Source: Octopus vulgaris
Lineage: Eukaryota
Length of the DNA stretch: 64,000 bases
Direction: 5' to 3'
Assembly (NCBI GenBank): GCA_951406725.2
Contig: OX597824.1
Location: 4,588,001-4,652,000, forward strand
Shown here: in pieces, positions 24,477 to 39,238 of the stretch
How positions within the stretch are numbered: the first letter of the stretch is position 1
How the letters are laid out: each line of letters begins with the position of its first letter
Notes under the pieces: generated by a model
The model's database searches: none
What the model was told of the DNA's origin: nothing
What the model saw: only the letters and a program-made list of their open reading frames with translations
Made by a program: the position numbers and the translations under genes

Positions 24477-24939
24477 TTTTCTTTTCTAAATTACAACAAT
24501 AACCCAACAAAGAAACTTCAATGCAGCAAGAAATAGCAACCAAATTCCCTTAAATCTTAAGTAAGGAAACATCACAGTGGAGAATGTAGTCCAAAAAAGA
24601 GATGTCATAATCACAGCTAAAATGGCTTTGATTCCAGTTCTTTTTAAACATAGAGCTAACCTGGGGCTAAACAACTAATACTGGACTGTCTTTACACCTA
24701 TTGCTCCCCTGACTAATACCACCACTACCAGGGGACCTCTATATGGGTGTCATACTAGAAACGACAGGCAAATCTATCTCACATCATACCAAATCAGAAG
24801 AGGACACAATAAATAAGGAAGTATTAGAACTGCCTAGAAAAGAGATGTGATAGTCATGCCTGGAAAACCTTTGATCACAAGTCTGCTAGACCAGGGCTAA
24901 ACAACCACCTACACAAGCACCATAATTCTTGCACCTCTT

Positions 24940-25462
24940 AAAATGATTAATCTTGCTCTCCTTGCTCCTCTCCTTTCTCACTTTTCATTCTCATCCTCTT
25001 CTTACAACTACTGTTCCAAATTCCTTCATCTTCCATTTTACTTCAGTTCTTTCTCTTCCTCCTACCACTGCTCTTCGTTCCCTTCTTACTCCTCCTCATC
25101 CCACAACTACCCCTATTTTTTCCATTTCTTCCTTATTCTTCTTCTAAGTTTACTTGTTGTCAACATGGTACCTTTCTAGACATGTCTTTCCTGCTCAATC
25201 TCTCTCTCTCCCTCTCAATTTCTCTTTGTATTTCTCCTCATGCTTATATTATTCTCCCTTTCTCCTCTTCCTCCTCTTCTTTAACATCTCCCCTTTCTTT
25301 CCATGTTTTTATGCACCCATACACTCTCTCTGTCTCTCACATTTTCACCTCCTCTCTTCCCCCTCCTCACATATTCTGCTCCCTCTCATACGTAAGCATG
25401 TAAGTATATGTGTGCGTACGAGAGAAAAGATTGTGTGCACATGCGTGAACAAGAGCGCATGT

Positions 25463-25506
<44 letters not shown>

Positions 25507-27280
25507 CCCATTTATTCTTAGTTCTTTGCACTCAGTTTTCGATTCTCGTACACTGAATCTACCCTCTTTTTTCTTTTTCTGCTCTTTTTAGCCATCGTCT
25601 ATCTAATTCTATTTTAGCTTTGTACCTTTTACCTTTTCCTACTCTATCATAACTTTTTCTTTGTCTATCCGCAGAATTCTCTCTTTCATCCTTCATGTTT
25701 TCATCTTTTACCTTAAATTTACTTAACCATTTAGAATAACTAGAGTTGATTTTGCTTTTACTTTCTTTTTTTTCTTTATCAACCACCTTCCATTCCCCAA
25801 CTCCATTATTTTTATTTCTTGCCACTAAAAATATTGCCTATAATTCAATATTTTCTATTTTACCCTTCTTTATTTCTTATCCTTCAAAATTTTCTCAATC
25901 TTATTCATTTTTTAAAATTATTAATCCAGTTTTTTCTTTTCTTCTTCAACTCTTTCTCCATCTCTTTCACTCTATGTGTGTGCACACACATACACACGTA
26001 TGTATATACACATATATGCACACACACACACACACATGTATACACCATTTTTCTACCCTATCTTTGATTGCTATCCAATTTTTAAAAATACTTTTCCATT
26101 CCCTCTTCTCCATTTTATCTACCATGTTCTTGATCTCTATCCAAATTCTTTCAGTTTTCTTTTCTCCAATCTCAAATTCTACTCCGTCTTCTATTGCTGT
26201 TCTTACTCATTACAGTTTTGATTTGCTCTTACCCCATTTACATACTCCTTTCTCTGCTTTCCTTTCATTTTCTTTGCTTTCTCTTTTCCTTTTTTTCTTC
26301 AATTTTACTCCATGTTTCTACCTCTTCTGTTACTGTCAGATTTTTTAAAACTGAATCAGTCACTCTTCCCAATTTATCTACCTAATTTCTGATTCCTATT
26401 TCTATTCATTTTCCACTTTATCTTCCATACCTTTCCCTTTCATCTACTCTCTCTTTACTTGCCTTCCATTTTATTTTTCTGATTCCATCCTTTATTTATG
26501 TAACTTATACTTAATTTCAATCTAATTCAGATTTCATCACTTTTTTCTGAAACTTAAGTATATGTTTCTACCTTGTCTTCTATCACCAATCATTTATTTA
26601 CTGTTTGCTATCCTCCATCTCAAACTCCCTGATTTCTTAAAATATTCTTTCAATTCTTTTAACAGTCCTTCATGTTATCTGTTCCAACTGCAACCCTTCT
26701 TTTCCAAGTACCCTTACCATTCATCATGTTTCTGGTTTCCTTCCAAATCATTTAAAAGAAAATTTCTAAACTGTCCTTCACTTTTAATACCGTGTCATAC
26801 ATTCTTTTTTTTTTTTTTAATTATCATTCTCAATCTTTGTTATACTTTCCTTAATCTCCCAAAAGACATTCTCTTGTTTTTCTTGGCTCTACTCATAGCT
26901 TCTAATATCACATTTTTTTTCATCTTAAAAAGAAAAATTTATCTGTTGATCTCCATTCATCTCTCTAGTTTTGGAATTTCCCATAATTTTCTTTTTTTTT
27001 TCAGACTCTACTCTCAGTTAATATTTATTAGTTTCTGTGGCCACCAAAATTGTTTTTTTTTTTTTACTTTATTGTTAATTGTCATTGATTTAATCCTAAT
27101 TTTCACATCTAGACATGTTCTTCCTTTTTATCTGTCTCCTTTTGTCTTGAATGCTTATATGAATTATTTCCTTTCACCTTCTCTATTTTCTACCCTCACA
27201 CTATTTTTTCCATTTCTATTTACATTTTCCCATTTATTTAACTCATTCCTTCTATATTCTTTTTCTTCTTTTATTTCATT
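24940..27280. repeat. Long pyrimidine-rich low-complexity tract
   Basis: Strong C/T strand skew over ~2.3 kb; produces spurious F/L/S-rich ORFs. Confidence 0.75.
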
Positions 27281-27349
27281 TTAATATACAGTGAAATGTC
27301 AATGTTAATATCATAATCATCATCATCAATCATTATTGATATCAACATT

Positions 27350-28100
27350 GACTTCCACTTTAGAAAGGGATGATAAACAGCTTCGAAGTTCAGAAAAAGT
27401 TGGTGTACCAGTGGTTGTAGCCTGCCAGTCAAGTAGAAGAGTCTTTTCTTAATGAAATGATCAAATGAGTGCATGTGGCAGATGCACCGTCCAAGACACA
27501 TGAACAGTATTCTAGCATGCAACATGTATGTCTTGAAGAGATTTAATTGTTTAAAGCTGAAATAATATCTGGCCCCCAAGAGAACACATATACTTCCAGA
27601 AAGAGTTTTGAATAAGTTATAGCAATATGGTTGCTATGGAAGAACATCAGAGATTGTGAAGTTGTAGAGATTTTTAGTTCTGTGTTTATCATGAGTAGAG
27701 AATATTCAATGTTGAAAGTTTCCTTGGTATGTATACTGACTGAGTCTTAAAGCTGTCAGATGTGATAAAGTTGTCATGTCCTCATAGCCTAACGATTTCA
27801 AAATTTCTGATCACACAATTACTGCAGGTTGAATGCCAAAAGTCTAGTTATATATGAATGGCATCGATATGTGGAAGATCAAATAAAAGTGCAAGCCACA
27901 TTGAGCAGATCATTGATATACAAAAAGAAAAATATGATCACCAAGGAGAAAGACTTGAATGAAGAATAAGATTATCAACCCAACATGTTTGAAGTGTTGG
28001 AAATACAATCAACAGGCCAATATTTGAGGGTATGTATTTGTTAATTTAAGGATTGGATATACCATTTCTTATTTAAAAGACTGGAGAGAAAAAGGTTGAA
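27350..28100 (-). mobile_element. Decayed CR1/L2-group LINE RT fragment
   Basis: Minus frames KYWPVDCISNTSNML (NYRPIS motif) and LLGDHIFFLYINDL (QGSVLGPLLF.LYINDL motif). Confidence 0.6.
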
Positions 28101-28559
28101 ATATTCAAGCAGCAAGCAATGACTGGGTGCATATTGCTTGAGAGTGATACAGAAACAGTGGTGTTTGGAGCTGAAGTCACAAGAAAAGTTTTTACTCTCG
28201 GCAACATTATGCATGTTTATAGATTTTAGTTGCATGATGTTTATTTATAGTGCATGGCTGTTTCCTTCAAAAGTGCAGTGATTCTATTAAAAAAAAACAA
28301 TTAGTGCCAGCTTAAATCTCAAAAGCAAGAGACTATTGATTTGTGGTGTAGAAGACCAAGCCTCCAGTAGATCTGGCTGTATAAATACTATATTATTAGT
28401 TTTTGAGTAGAGAAAAGGAAGTTGGCAGGTTTAGAAAAGTTACCCTTCCTGTGAAAAGAACATACAGTTGTATATTTCCATAGATTAGAGTATATCCACA
28501 CTGAGAAATAAATATTAGTGTGCTCTATAACTGTTCCTCTCTAAGGCAATCCTCCATGG

Positions 28560-29030
28560 ATGTTGTAGAAGCCTTAGGCACTTTGGCCAACATGAGTACT
28601 GAAGTTGCCAGCCATCCTGATGATGTCACTGTCAGTCATCATTAAAGAACCCTGCAGAAGGGTGTCATAGAATCGTTCCTTCTGTATGTCTGTTAATTCC
28701 ACATATAGAGCATATGCTGAGAAAAGTGTCGCTAATGTGTGGTCTATAACTAGTCTCATCTTGATTATCCTATTGCATACACTAACTACCTCTATCACCT
28801 TTTCTATCCATTTTTCAGTTGACAGTATGCTGTCTTCATCACTACTATCACTATTACTCAGTACAATTTGCATCTGTCTTTTGCCCATGAGGAATTTGGC
28901 TGAGGATCCTTTCCATCTTACCTTTTGCACACAGCATACATCTACTTGTCTCTGTTTCAGCACTTCCACAATCTTAAACCTTATCACCCTGCCCATGTTT
29001 ATGGCTGCAACCCTACAGTTTTGGAATGCA
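28560..29030 (-). mobile_element. RTE LINE AP-endonuclease domain remnant
   Basis: ORF 28574..29146: VEVLKQRQVDVCCVQKVRWKG...LFSAYA...KERFYDTL...AGNFSTHVG (decayed QE.RW, SAYAP and GDFN.HVG). Confidence 0.85.
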
Positions 29031-29519
29031 CAAGAACAGGCAGGTCTAATGTAGGTGGGAATATGGTCTAGTGGCTTGTTCATTACTACATGAATACATA
29101 TACACCTGTGAGGAATAAGAAGGGTTGTGCTGTAGTTTACCATCATTCATCATTTTTCACATTTGCAGCATCTGCCACAAAAGGTGTACTTTATTATCAA
29201 TATATAAATAAATAAATAACTGGTAAGTATTCTTCATTCACTTACATTGTGAATGTTATGGCTGTTTGCTGTGCCTTTTACATCAACACATTACCATTGT
29301 TGGTAGGATGGCAATATAGGTGAGGAGGGTGGGAGGATAGGAGAAGGATTTCCAGTATACATGGTGGGAGGCAAGAATGGGTGGGTGCATTGCAAACAAG
29401 CGAGAGCCACAAAAACATTTACGAAAGATGAAGGAGAAACCTCAACATGGGTACTTAGTCAGTTGGAAAAAGAAGTGAAAATCTCTCTCAGGAACACATT
29501 GCAAGCCACAGAACCTTTC

Positions 29520-29780
29520 AAATGAGAGGTGGGGAGGGCGAGAGAGATGGAGGGGGGGAGAGGAGGGACAGAGAGAAGGGACGGACGGGAAGAGGGGGAT
29601 GAACGGACGAACAGAGAAGGGGAGAGGAGAGAGGTAGGGAGAAAGTGGGAGAGAGGGTTAAGGGAGAGGGAGAGGGTTACGGGAGGGGGAGAGGGTTAAG
29701 GGAGAGAGAGGGTTAAGAGAGAGAGAGGGTTAAGGGAGAGGGAGAGGGTTAAGGGAGGGAGAGAGAGAGAGAGAGAGGGC
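29520..29780 (+). repeat. Polypurine tract with ~19-bp GGGTTAAGGG minisatellite
   Basis: Six units of gagagggtta(a/c)ggga between 29650 and 29760. Confidence 0.8.
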
Positions 29781-30004
29781 TATGAAATAAGAGATGAATT
29801 CAATGACATGGAAAGCACATGGGACAAAAGAGAGTTGTAAGGAGATAGACAATATTACATTAAAGAAGTCTATTAAATTAAGGACAATGGTTAAAAGGAC
29901 AGCTTTAATACACAAAATATATAAATTTCATGAGGCAAAAATACTGATATTAAGAGAAAAGCAGCAAGCAGATTACCATGGTTACACAGAAGAAAGTAAT
30001 TGAT

Positions 30005-30160
30005 GTCAGGCTTCTTTTCTGTTTCTGTTTACTAAATTTACTCATGATGCTTTGGTCATCCTGGGTCTGTAGTAGAAGACACATACCCAACGGTGCCATG
30101 GCATAGGACTGAACCTGATACCATATGGCTGGGAACCAAACTTTTCAACCACACAGCAAG
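30005..30160 (-). mobile_element. tRNA/CORE-like SINE
   Basis: gtagaagacacatacccaacggtgcc...gactgaacc...aaccacacagc. Confidence 0.65.
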
Positions 30161-30199
30161 TCTGTTATAAAAGAGTTAATCTGCAGGAGGGATACTTAC

Positions 30200-31400
30200 A
30201 GATTCGTTTTAGTGATTGGTCTCATGAAGCAGAATAACACCTGGGATTGGAATTGAACTGTTTGGATTTGTAAAGGGTGGTGGTATCAGGAATGCTGTTT
30301 TTGTATTGAGAATGATAACGGAATGAGCAATGGAGATGTAAAAAGATGTCATCATGTGTTTCATAGATTTCATAAAGGCCTTCAACAAACGAAGACATGA
30401 CATAATATTTGAAGAATTCAGTAACCTTGGTATGCAAAGGAAAGATTCTGAAATTTGCAGAGCCTGTACTGGAACTAATAAGCGTGCATAAAGGTGAGTG
30501 GAGAATGCAGTAACTACACCAGCATCAGTAGATGTGTTATGTCCCCAGATCTCTTCAATTATTATTGCAAATTGATCACAAGGGAACTGGAGAAGGGAAA
30601 AGGTCTCAGAGTAGGAAGCAGAGACATCACAAACATAAGATATGCAGATGACACAGTATTACTTGCAGAATCAGAAAAGGAATTTCAGAGACTTCTGGAT
30701 GTAGTATCAGTAAAAGTGAAAGGAAGGATCTGTTCATAAATTACAAGAATACACAGTGTATGGTGGTGACAAAGAAGGGAAGCCAAAAGTGCAAGCTGAA
30801 TGTGAACAGTTTAAACCATTAAGCAGATATCGTCCTTCAGCTACCTTGGAATTTTGATCACAGAAGATACAAGATATGTGAAGGAGATCAAACGGTGGAG
30901 AGTGCTGGCAAAATTTGCATTCTCAAAATTGTATGATATCTTAAGAAACTGTACTCTGAACATCAAGACCAGGATCCATATACTGAACTGTTATGTTTAT
31001 TTTGTGTTGATAAATGGAAGTGTGGCATGGTCTATAACATCAGAAATGAGAAGGGGCTTGGAGAGCTGTGAAATGTGGTTCTGAAGAAGAATATTGAGGA
31101 TAGTATGGACAGACAATGTGTTTAATGAAGAAGGGATGACCCAGACTGTGGTAAATAGGAAACTGCTTCATGAGACAAGAGCCAAGCAAGTGGGATTTCT
31201 TAGTCATGTGATGAGGAATGAGGGCCAAGAGAACTTAGTGATGATTGAAAAGATCAAAGAGAAAAAAAAGCATGGATGTCAAGCTTGAGGAATTGGTTGG
31301 AAGAAAGAGGCAGTAAACATCAGGAAGTGGAACTATTACAGAAAACAAAGAACAGGGAATTGTGGCAGAACATGTCCTATATTCTGGACACGACTCTGAA
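30200..31400 (+). mobile_element. RTE-clade LINE reverse transcriptase to 3' end (pseudogenised)
   Basis: MCFIDFIKAF, CVMSPDLFNYY, ITNIRYADDTVLLAESEKEFQRLLD, FSYLG, ESCEMWF, FLSHVMR; several stops and frameshifts. Confidence 0.9.
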
Positions 31401-32695
31401 AGAAAGCCAAATAGAGGATAGGAAGATTCTGCTGCACAAATAGGGACTGTCTTAGCAAAGAACTGGAAGTCAGCTATAATTTTATAGGGGACAGAGCTTG
31501 TAAGCATTGTTATGAATAAATGATGCTTTATTACTTAATGATCATCAGGTACTGTGGTGGTAATTAAATACCTTCTTATTAGTGATGATGTGTAAACATC
31601 TCCGGGTGTTTAGACAGTATTCTTCATGGATAAAGATATTTGTGGGCTTTAGGTGTGGGGTGCATTGAGAAACATATCTGGGAAAATGATAACAATCAAT
31701 CACATAGTAGTGTCTAAGGTTTTATGTATTTAAAACCTTATTTTTTTAAATAGCATATTTCTGGGCATTAATTACTATGACACTGGACTGGTTTTTCACT
31801 GCTTTCTCCAAATTTTGTTTAAACTGAATGCAAACTTGGTTAATAATAAAATCACTTCTACAGAGTTGCTTGATGCTAAAAATAGCAAGCACACCCTATT
31901 GACTTAAATAAGAAAGAGCATAGAGATAATGTCATCCTATATAACCACAAAAAGGACAGGATGGTCATAGCTAGAATAACTTGATCATAGGTCTGCTCAT
32001 GCAGGATGACCTGGGGCTAAACAACAATAGCACCATCCAATTATCCATACCTTTTGGTTTAACTAGATTCTAAAAAGGTTATATACACTATCCACCACCT
32101 TCAGATTAACCAATAAGAGACAATGGTATGACTGTAAATAGGGAGTTTTAGGAGAGCAAATAAATGGGCATTATGACATTAATGTGCCTCCCAATGGCAT
32201 GTATTAGAGAAGCAAAGTGAAAAATCACTTGAGCTGAGAAGCCAAATTGTGAAGCTGGTTCAGTGAGAGATATCACAACTCTGCAGTGATCACTTGATGA
32301 AATTTACATTGTCTATCAGTTTGTCTTGTATTGTATAAAAAGATAGCAACATGTAAATATTGCGATGAGGAAATAAGGTGTTAGTATGATTATCTCTATG
32401 TGAAAATACATGAACAAATAATAAATATATTCATAGCTAGGTATGACTGGATAAATTTGTGTGTGTGATTGCGTATTTCTTCTGTGTATGACTATATGAC
32501 ATAGGTATGCATGTGTATGCTCACAGAGGCAAATATAAGTTTGTGTTGTGTGTGTGAGTGTATGTAGAAGAGAGTATAAAAATATTTATGTGTATTTTTA
32601 CATTACATTACATCATATATGCATACAGATATTCAAATATACTTGTAATTGTATACAATCATATATATGCAAGCATGCACAAACATTTACACTTG

Positions 32696-32729
<34 letters not shown>

Positions 32730-33369
32730 TGCGCATGCATGCACACACACATAAAACCATACATTCCTATTTTTAATTGGAAAGATTCTTCGAAAATGTT
32801 CCAGAAATGAATTAAATTTTTATAGAAACACACACTCACAGTTACATCATCATCTTTTTCATTATCAATATTATCATTATTATTATCATTATTTTCTTCT
32901 TTCCTTCAAACTTTGTTTTTCTTTATACTATTTTCTGTTTGTTTTTTTTTTTTTTTTCCTATGCCAGAAATAGATAAGTTAAAAATATGTAACCAATAGG
33001 GTTTCCAATTAAAAATATGGTTCTGGAATCATATAAAGAAGCCATTCAGTGGAAACAAAAATTATGGGTGTTTGCCATTTGTTGTTGTTGTTGTTGTCAC
33101 TTTTGTTGTTCTTGTGGTGATGGTGTTGTTGCCATTAGTTTTATTGTGTTTAATTTAAAATTACTTCTTTTACTGTGTTTCTAACTTATATTTTGTTTGT
33201 TGTTGTTTTAGTTGTATGATTTAGTTTATTCCCCCCCCCCTTCTAAATCTTGAATTTATATATAATGTACTAAATAAGATTGATCCTAGAAAAATGTAAA
33301 CACATACATACATGGCTGTGCATACACACGAACGCACATTCATGCATGTCAGTCAGATATTACAAGTAA

Positions 33370-33965
33370 GGTGTCATACCCAATGACTAATGTTGCAGTA
33401 TCGTTATAAACTGTTACAAAAGCAAAAGACAGCAAATAGCTAAGAGTAAGGAAACCAGAGAGGGATCAAGCTATTGGACAAGTTATGAACATCATAGATA
33501 GGGTTCAGGGCAAAACTTGTTAGGAAAGCACTGGCCTGAATGAAATACAGTTTAGCTTTGTGTCAGGAAGGGACACCACTGATACCCTCCTTCTTGTCAG
33601 ACAACTGCAAGAAAAGCACTTAATTTGGAATAAACCCTCACACCAAGCATTAGTCTTCTAGGGAAGGCCTTAGACAGGATCTCTTGTTTTGTTATCTGGT
33701 GATCACTAAGGAAACTAGTAGAAGAATAGCTTTGAGTGCCACATTAGCTAAGGTGAGGATCAGTGATGAATTTAGCAGGCAGATAGGGCTCCATTAGGGC
33801 TCACTTTTCAGTTCCTTCTTATCTATCATAGTTCTCCAGGTCATAACAAGAATTTATGACTGGCTGTCTTTAGGATCTTCTATATACTTATGACTTAGCT
33901 CTTGTGGTATAAAATGTAGAAGAAATGAAGCAGAAATCTCAAAGATGGAAGAAAAACCTGAGTGG
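33370..33965 (+). mobile_element. RTE-clade LINE RT fragment
   Basis: RGIKLL...NEIQFSFVSGRDTTDTLLLVRQLQEK followed by decayed KA.DR and H*GSL.S motifs. Confidence 0.75.
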
Positions 33966-34199
33966 AAGGAATACATTGTATCTCTTGGTATCCACTTCAC
34001 CCACCTAAGCAACCTACCACCACCATTTCCACCCTAGAAGTCCTTTTTTCATTGACATTCATCACTCTTTTTCCACACTAACTTTATTATTCATCAAATA
34101 TGCCCTCCCTTAATTACTCACACACACTTCCACACATACATATATATACCTCATCAGCAACAGCAGCAGTGTTATCATTTAACATCCTGGCATTATCAT

Positions 34200-34370
34200 T
34201 TACGTTATCACTTAACGTCCATTTTCCATGCTGGCATGGGTTGGAGGTTTGACAGGAACTTGTCAACCAGAGAACTATCCCGGCTCCAATTGTCTGTTTT
34301 GGAATGGTTTCTACAGCTGGATACACTTCCTAATGCCAACCACTTTAGATAGTGTTCTGGGTGCTTATAC
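34200..34370 (-). mobile_element. SINE with RTE tail
   Basis: ttaacgtccattttccatgctggcatgggttgg...ggtttctacagctggat. Confidence 0.7.
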
Positions 34371-34865
34371 ACATGTATATACATATACACACACGGTGTG
34401 CATGCATATGTGTGATTTATCTGAGGAAAGTACCATGGTACCTTTGCAAACCATCCAAAACTGGGAAAGTTAAGTAGTGATATTCCGCTTAAACTTTCTT
34501 GGGCAGGTGTATTAGGTAGACTTAGGCATAGATGGTACACAGTGTATTAATTCAAAGTAGCCAATGAAATACAGCCTTTAATAGAAGGAAAAATAGCAGG
34601 AAATCCATGGTCTCATAATTGTAGTTAAGGGAGTCTTTGTCAATCAGCCAGAGGGCACTTTACTTGAATTTTTAAATATAGTCTACAATATTTTTATATC
34701 TTGCAGTATCACCTTCTCAGGTATGTGAACAGGAATCTAATGTAGATGGCATTTGAGCTTTGTAAAGGATCAGTCACATGCACAAGGCTTAGCTTAACTA
34801 TTTTCTGAACCTGAAGAAAAGTAGCTTTTGCTGTGTGGTTTTAGCAGTATTATTATTTGCCATTT

Positions 34866-35087
34866 AAGGCAGTGAGCTGGCAGAAATGTTAGCACGCTAG
34901 ACGAAATGCTTAGTGGTATTTTGTCTGTCTTTATTTTCTGAGTTCAAATTCCACCGGGGTCAACTTTGCCTTTCATCCTTTCTAGATCGATAAATTAAGT
35001 ACCAGTTGCATACTGCAGTCGATCTAACTGACTGGCTCCCTCCCCAAAAATTTCAGGCCTTGTGCCTAAAGCAGAAAAGATTATTAT
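34866..35087 (+). mobile_element. tRNA-SINE with Meta/MESC-like central domain
   Basis: aaggcagtgagctggcagaa...gagttcaaattcc (box B)...ctttgcctttcatcctttctagatcgataaattaagtaccag. Confidence 0.78.
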
Positions 35088-38000
35088 TTGCAGTTTGTGA
35101 AATTGCTATGAGAAATCTTCATAGATTGTTGTAAAGTCAAGCAGTTTCTATATTTTGATGAGTTTAGGGTATATTTCTCATGTCTTGGAACTCATGAAGT
35201 GCAAAACTTGAGACATGTAGTGACTGTGTCATGATATTGTGCTTTGCAGAGAGGAGTCACGACAATATTCTGTCAAGCAAAAGTTAAAATGTCATACTTA
35301 ATTTTTTTTTTTCTTAAATATAGTGGCAAATGATAATTGCCCTGCATAATGGTGCAAGAAGTGAAAGAGGTAGTCGTCAGCTCAAGGATTTTCAGCTGCA
35401 CCTACAATCTTTACTCAGATCACAACTAAATATATTTCACATAAAAATCCATTATAATCCTGCTGTAAATGTATTGGTGCTTGCTTGTTTCATTCTACAC
35501 AGTGGCTTGTATGGGAGGCATTGAGATAGGTTTTTACAGATGAATGCTATTGCCTGTTTTTCAAGGAAGAGACATTTTCCATTCCAGAGGAATTCGAAAG
35601 TGCAGAGCAAACGGATGACTAGTCGCCAGAGGAATGTCAACAAACAGCAGCAATTACAGTCCAGTCACAAATGGTGACATCATCCCTTGTAACTGAGCCG
35701 CAGATGGTAAAGTCACTGTTTGTAGCTGAAGTTCAGCCAAGATTGAAAACATTCACACAGATGTACACACATTCATATATGAACATAGACATAGCTGTAT
35801 GGTTAAGAAAGTTGTTTATCAATCAAGAGGTTCCAGATTCGATTCCACTGCAGGGCAACTGGGACAAGTTTCTTTTACTGTAGTTTTTTATTGAAGCAAG
35901 TGAATGAATCTGGATAGATGGGAACTGCTTGAAAGCCTAGGAAACGGATTGTAATTTATTCAAAGAGTCAGCAGATTCTCCCTGAAAACTATGTTAAGGG
36001 CACAATGTCTGTGGAACACTCAGTTATCCTGTATGTTATCAACATACCATGACAGGGGTTGTTGCATATCAGCTGTCACATAACAGACCGAGAGCCAAGC
36101 TCCAAAGTAGACCAAAACAACTGGTGGACTCTGGTCTGAATTTGAAGTCCGATTGATCTGGCAACCATTCCCAACAGTTAGATGAACTGTCCAGAAATAC
36201 ACCAAAACACTGGCAGTGGATTTACAAGTCATAGCACATGAGCTGATAAACAAATATATTTTATGCTCCAATTCATTAAAGAAACAGATAATTGTTCTGA
36301 AATTACATCTTTATTCTGAACAACCATGTAGCAATCTCTCTAAATCAGTAAGCATATGAAGAAACATTACCTCTAAGAAAGCTCAATCTGCAACCGGATT
36401 TCATTTCTTGCTTGAATTTATTTCACTTGATTTATAATGAGAATGTTCTTGTGAACAATGCAATTTCCTAGTTGTCTTCACCTCATGTTATAAAATTGAA
36501 ATCTGACTATATGTAGAATGTAACAGAGATCAGGAACTACCAAGATGATAGGGAGCAGAGGAGTTGGCAGGCCTACTACCACTTTTGCATTGTTTCTGTG
36601 GCAAAGGCACTTGACTCTCAACTGTCAAGTTCACATAACTTTAAGTAAGAATTCTTAAGGTGTTTCATTATCTTATATGACTGGGTCCCAATTCCCCCAG
36701 GAGGCAATGAAAAACTATTCTAGTGTAATGGTCCATTAAATCACTACATAATGAATGGATTTTCACAGGTGCCCTTGCAACCCAATTAGGTTAGCTCCTT
36801 AAGTACTGTAGTGATTGTTGATAGTAAGGTAGTTTTCCCATATGTTTACAAGATTTATAATAGTATAGCTAATATTGGTAGGTGTAAAATGCTGCAAAAC
36901 AACCTTCGTCTTTGCACACAATTTTAAAATCTTTTAATTTGGATGTTTCTCTAAACACTTATTCCAACAATAGTGAGATATTAAAAAAAAAAAAAAATAG
37001 CATATGTAGATGTTGCTGGTGGTGATGATGGTGGAGATGGTAAAAGAATTGGTGCTAGTGGTACTGATGTTAGTAAGGATTACATAGATACAAATGTTTA
37101 TATTAATTACTACATCCAATTAAATATGCATTAAAATCTATGTGAATACATTCTTTACCTATTTTTGTTAAAGTCAAGTACCAGAAAAAAGTCTTGAACG
37201 CTACTGTTCCACAACAGACTAAACCATATTTTAAAAAAAGGCTAAAAACAAAAATTAAAGAACCTAACATGCTCAACTTATCTCCAGGCTAAATACTCCT
37301 AATATTTTCTTTCTCACCTGACTGCTTTGTACTGCTCTTTACCAACCCCCTTTCCTTCTACTTCTCCTCGGTCAATGACTTTGCTCTTATAGCCTCATTC
37401 ACTGCATGTACCATTCCACCTCTGTGTTATCTACTGCATTGCTAGAACAGTGCTTCATCCACAGAACAGGCTAATGGATTACAGTAGATTATCTCTTAGG
37501 AACACCTACCTGTCCTCAGTATAAGAAATATTTATCACTATTCCATGATTTATTATCAAACCAAAGAATACTTAAGACTTAAGAACTTACAGTATTTTGT
37601 GGTGCTGAGGATAACTTTGACTTTTATTTCTCTGAGGATTGATAAGTTAAGCAACACCAGTAATGTGCTGACATCAATTGTCAGCACCTTTATACTCAAC
37701 TACCCTAGCAAAAAAATTGGCTTCATGGCTAATCAAAGATAAAATTTATTATTAGGATTGTCATATCAATGAAGACAAACTTTTTGGATTTGGCTTGAAA
37801 ATAATATCTGTTAATTCCTGAAAATAATACCTGTTATTTCCTAACTATATTTAAAACACGATTTATCACTACAGTGGTGATAGGTCATTTTTCATATGAG
37901 TGCTTTGTTCTTCATCTGGTAGACGTATTTTTCTCAGTCGCCAAATATAGAACACAGCTGAGTGTTATTCGAAATACTCCTGTTCTAGATTTAGCAGAGA

Positions 38001-39026
38001 CATCAAGCCCATCCTATAAGATTGATGAAAGCTAACCAGCCTATAATGGAATATCAAGTAACACTGAATTTTTCTATAAAATCTTCTGCATTTATTTTGT
38101 CCTAAGTCATGAAGAGATAAGATTTTTGATTTGTAAACTATGATAGTAAAGTTATCAATACATGGACCAAACATTGCCAAAAAGAAATGGGTTCGGGGTA
38201 TAGATATTCCATCAATATCTAAGGAAATGTTTGGTCATAATTTTCAATTTTCTTTTTCACTGACAATCAAGCAATTATTTGACTTCAGATCAGTAGATTT
38301 GATTTGAGTCATAGAAATTTAGGTCATGGATCTGAAACCTTATCAACTTTGCCAACTGAAAAGATCCAGCATATATACATTTACATAGCAATATGCATCT
38401 GCACCCATACTTATCTAAACCAGCATCATAGAAAGAAAAAAAGAAGGAACAATGCAGATTAGAGGAATTAATAATCCTTTATGATACAGAATTGTAAAAT
38501 GGAAAGGAAAAAATTCCTTTTGTACCAGGGTTTAATTTGGGGATTTGGTTGGGCTTAAGTTAGTTTTTGCTCAAAAGTAGTTATTATATTCAAATTAAGT
38601 TAATCTTAGCACAAGCATTTAATTTTAGTTTTTGTTGTATTAACTGGATGATAAACAGATATCTAACTAGATCAGATCCTGATTTACCTTCAACGATTTT
38701 GCCATGAGTGTCATTGTATTGTAAATCAATAAAACACTTCTGAATTTTATGGTGATACTACTTGCGGTAGTATTATTATATATCCCTTTTCTACCCTTTA
38801 TATGTATCCCTTTTTATGCATTCTTTTTCTACCCTTTAACAGCAAGATAAAAATATAAATAACTAAACCATCAGTTTGTTGTTAGAACCAGTTGGTTCAG
38901 TTAATCCCAGCTCTCATAGCTTGTCTTGGGTGAAATTAAGATTATGTTAGTTTAGATTGGTGTCCGTCAGATCTGAGGATAAGTTGATGTTTGTAGCAAC
39001 TAGGTGTTATTACGCTTTTTCATTAA

Positions 39027-39238
39027 CCCTTTCGTTACCAACCCTGGCTCTGGCTCTGTAGTACAAATGTCTTATTTTCATAAATTTTGAATTAAAATCT
39101 TCCACCAAATCTTAGTCACAATTTATTTTCCTAACACTGGCTGAATGATAACTAAATTATTTTACTAAATTCTTTGTTATATTTAAAGTAATTGAAAGAA
39201 ACACAGAGCATCTCAACAGAAATACAGTAACGAAAGGG
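39027..39238. mobile_element. piggyBac-type MITE
   Basis: Perfect 12-bp TIR CCCTTTCGTTAC / GTAACGAAAGGG with TTAA on both sides (39023-39026, 39239-39242). Confidence 0.9.

Noticed and set aside
25154-27284. Long hydrophobic ORFs (145-240 aa) resembling membrane proteins
   Set aside because: They result from pyrimidine-rich low-complexity DNA that lacks stop codons; no domain motifs.
37949-37970. miR-317-like sequence gaacacagctg
   Set aside because: The 3' part diverges from the mature miRNA and no precursor-length hairpin is visible.
37600-38400. Possible additional minus-strand LINE remnant (LDIDGISIPRT...CIDN)
   Set aside because: The motifs are too degenerate to support a call by eye.
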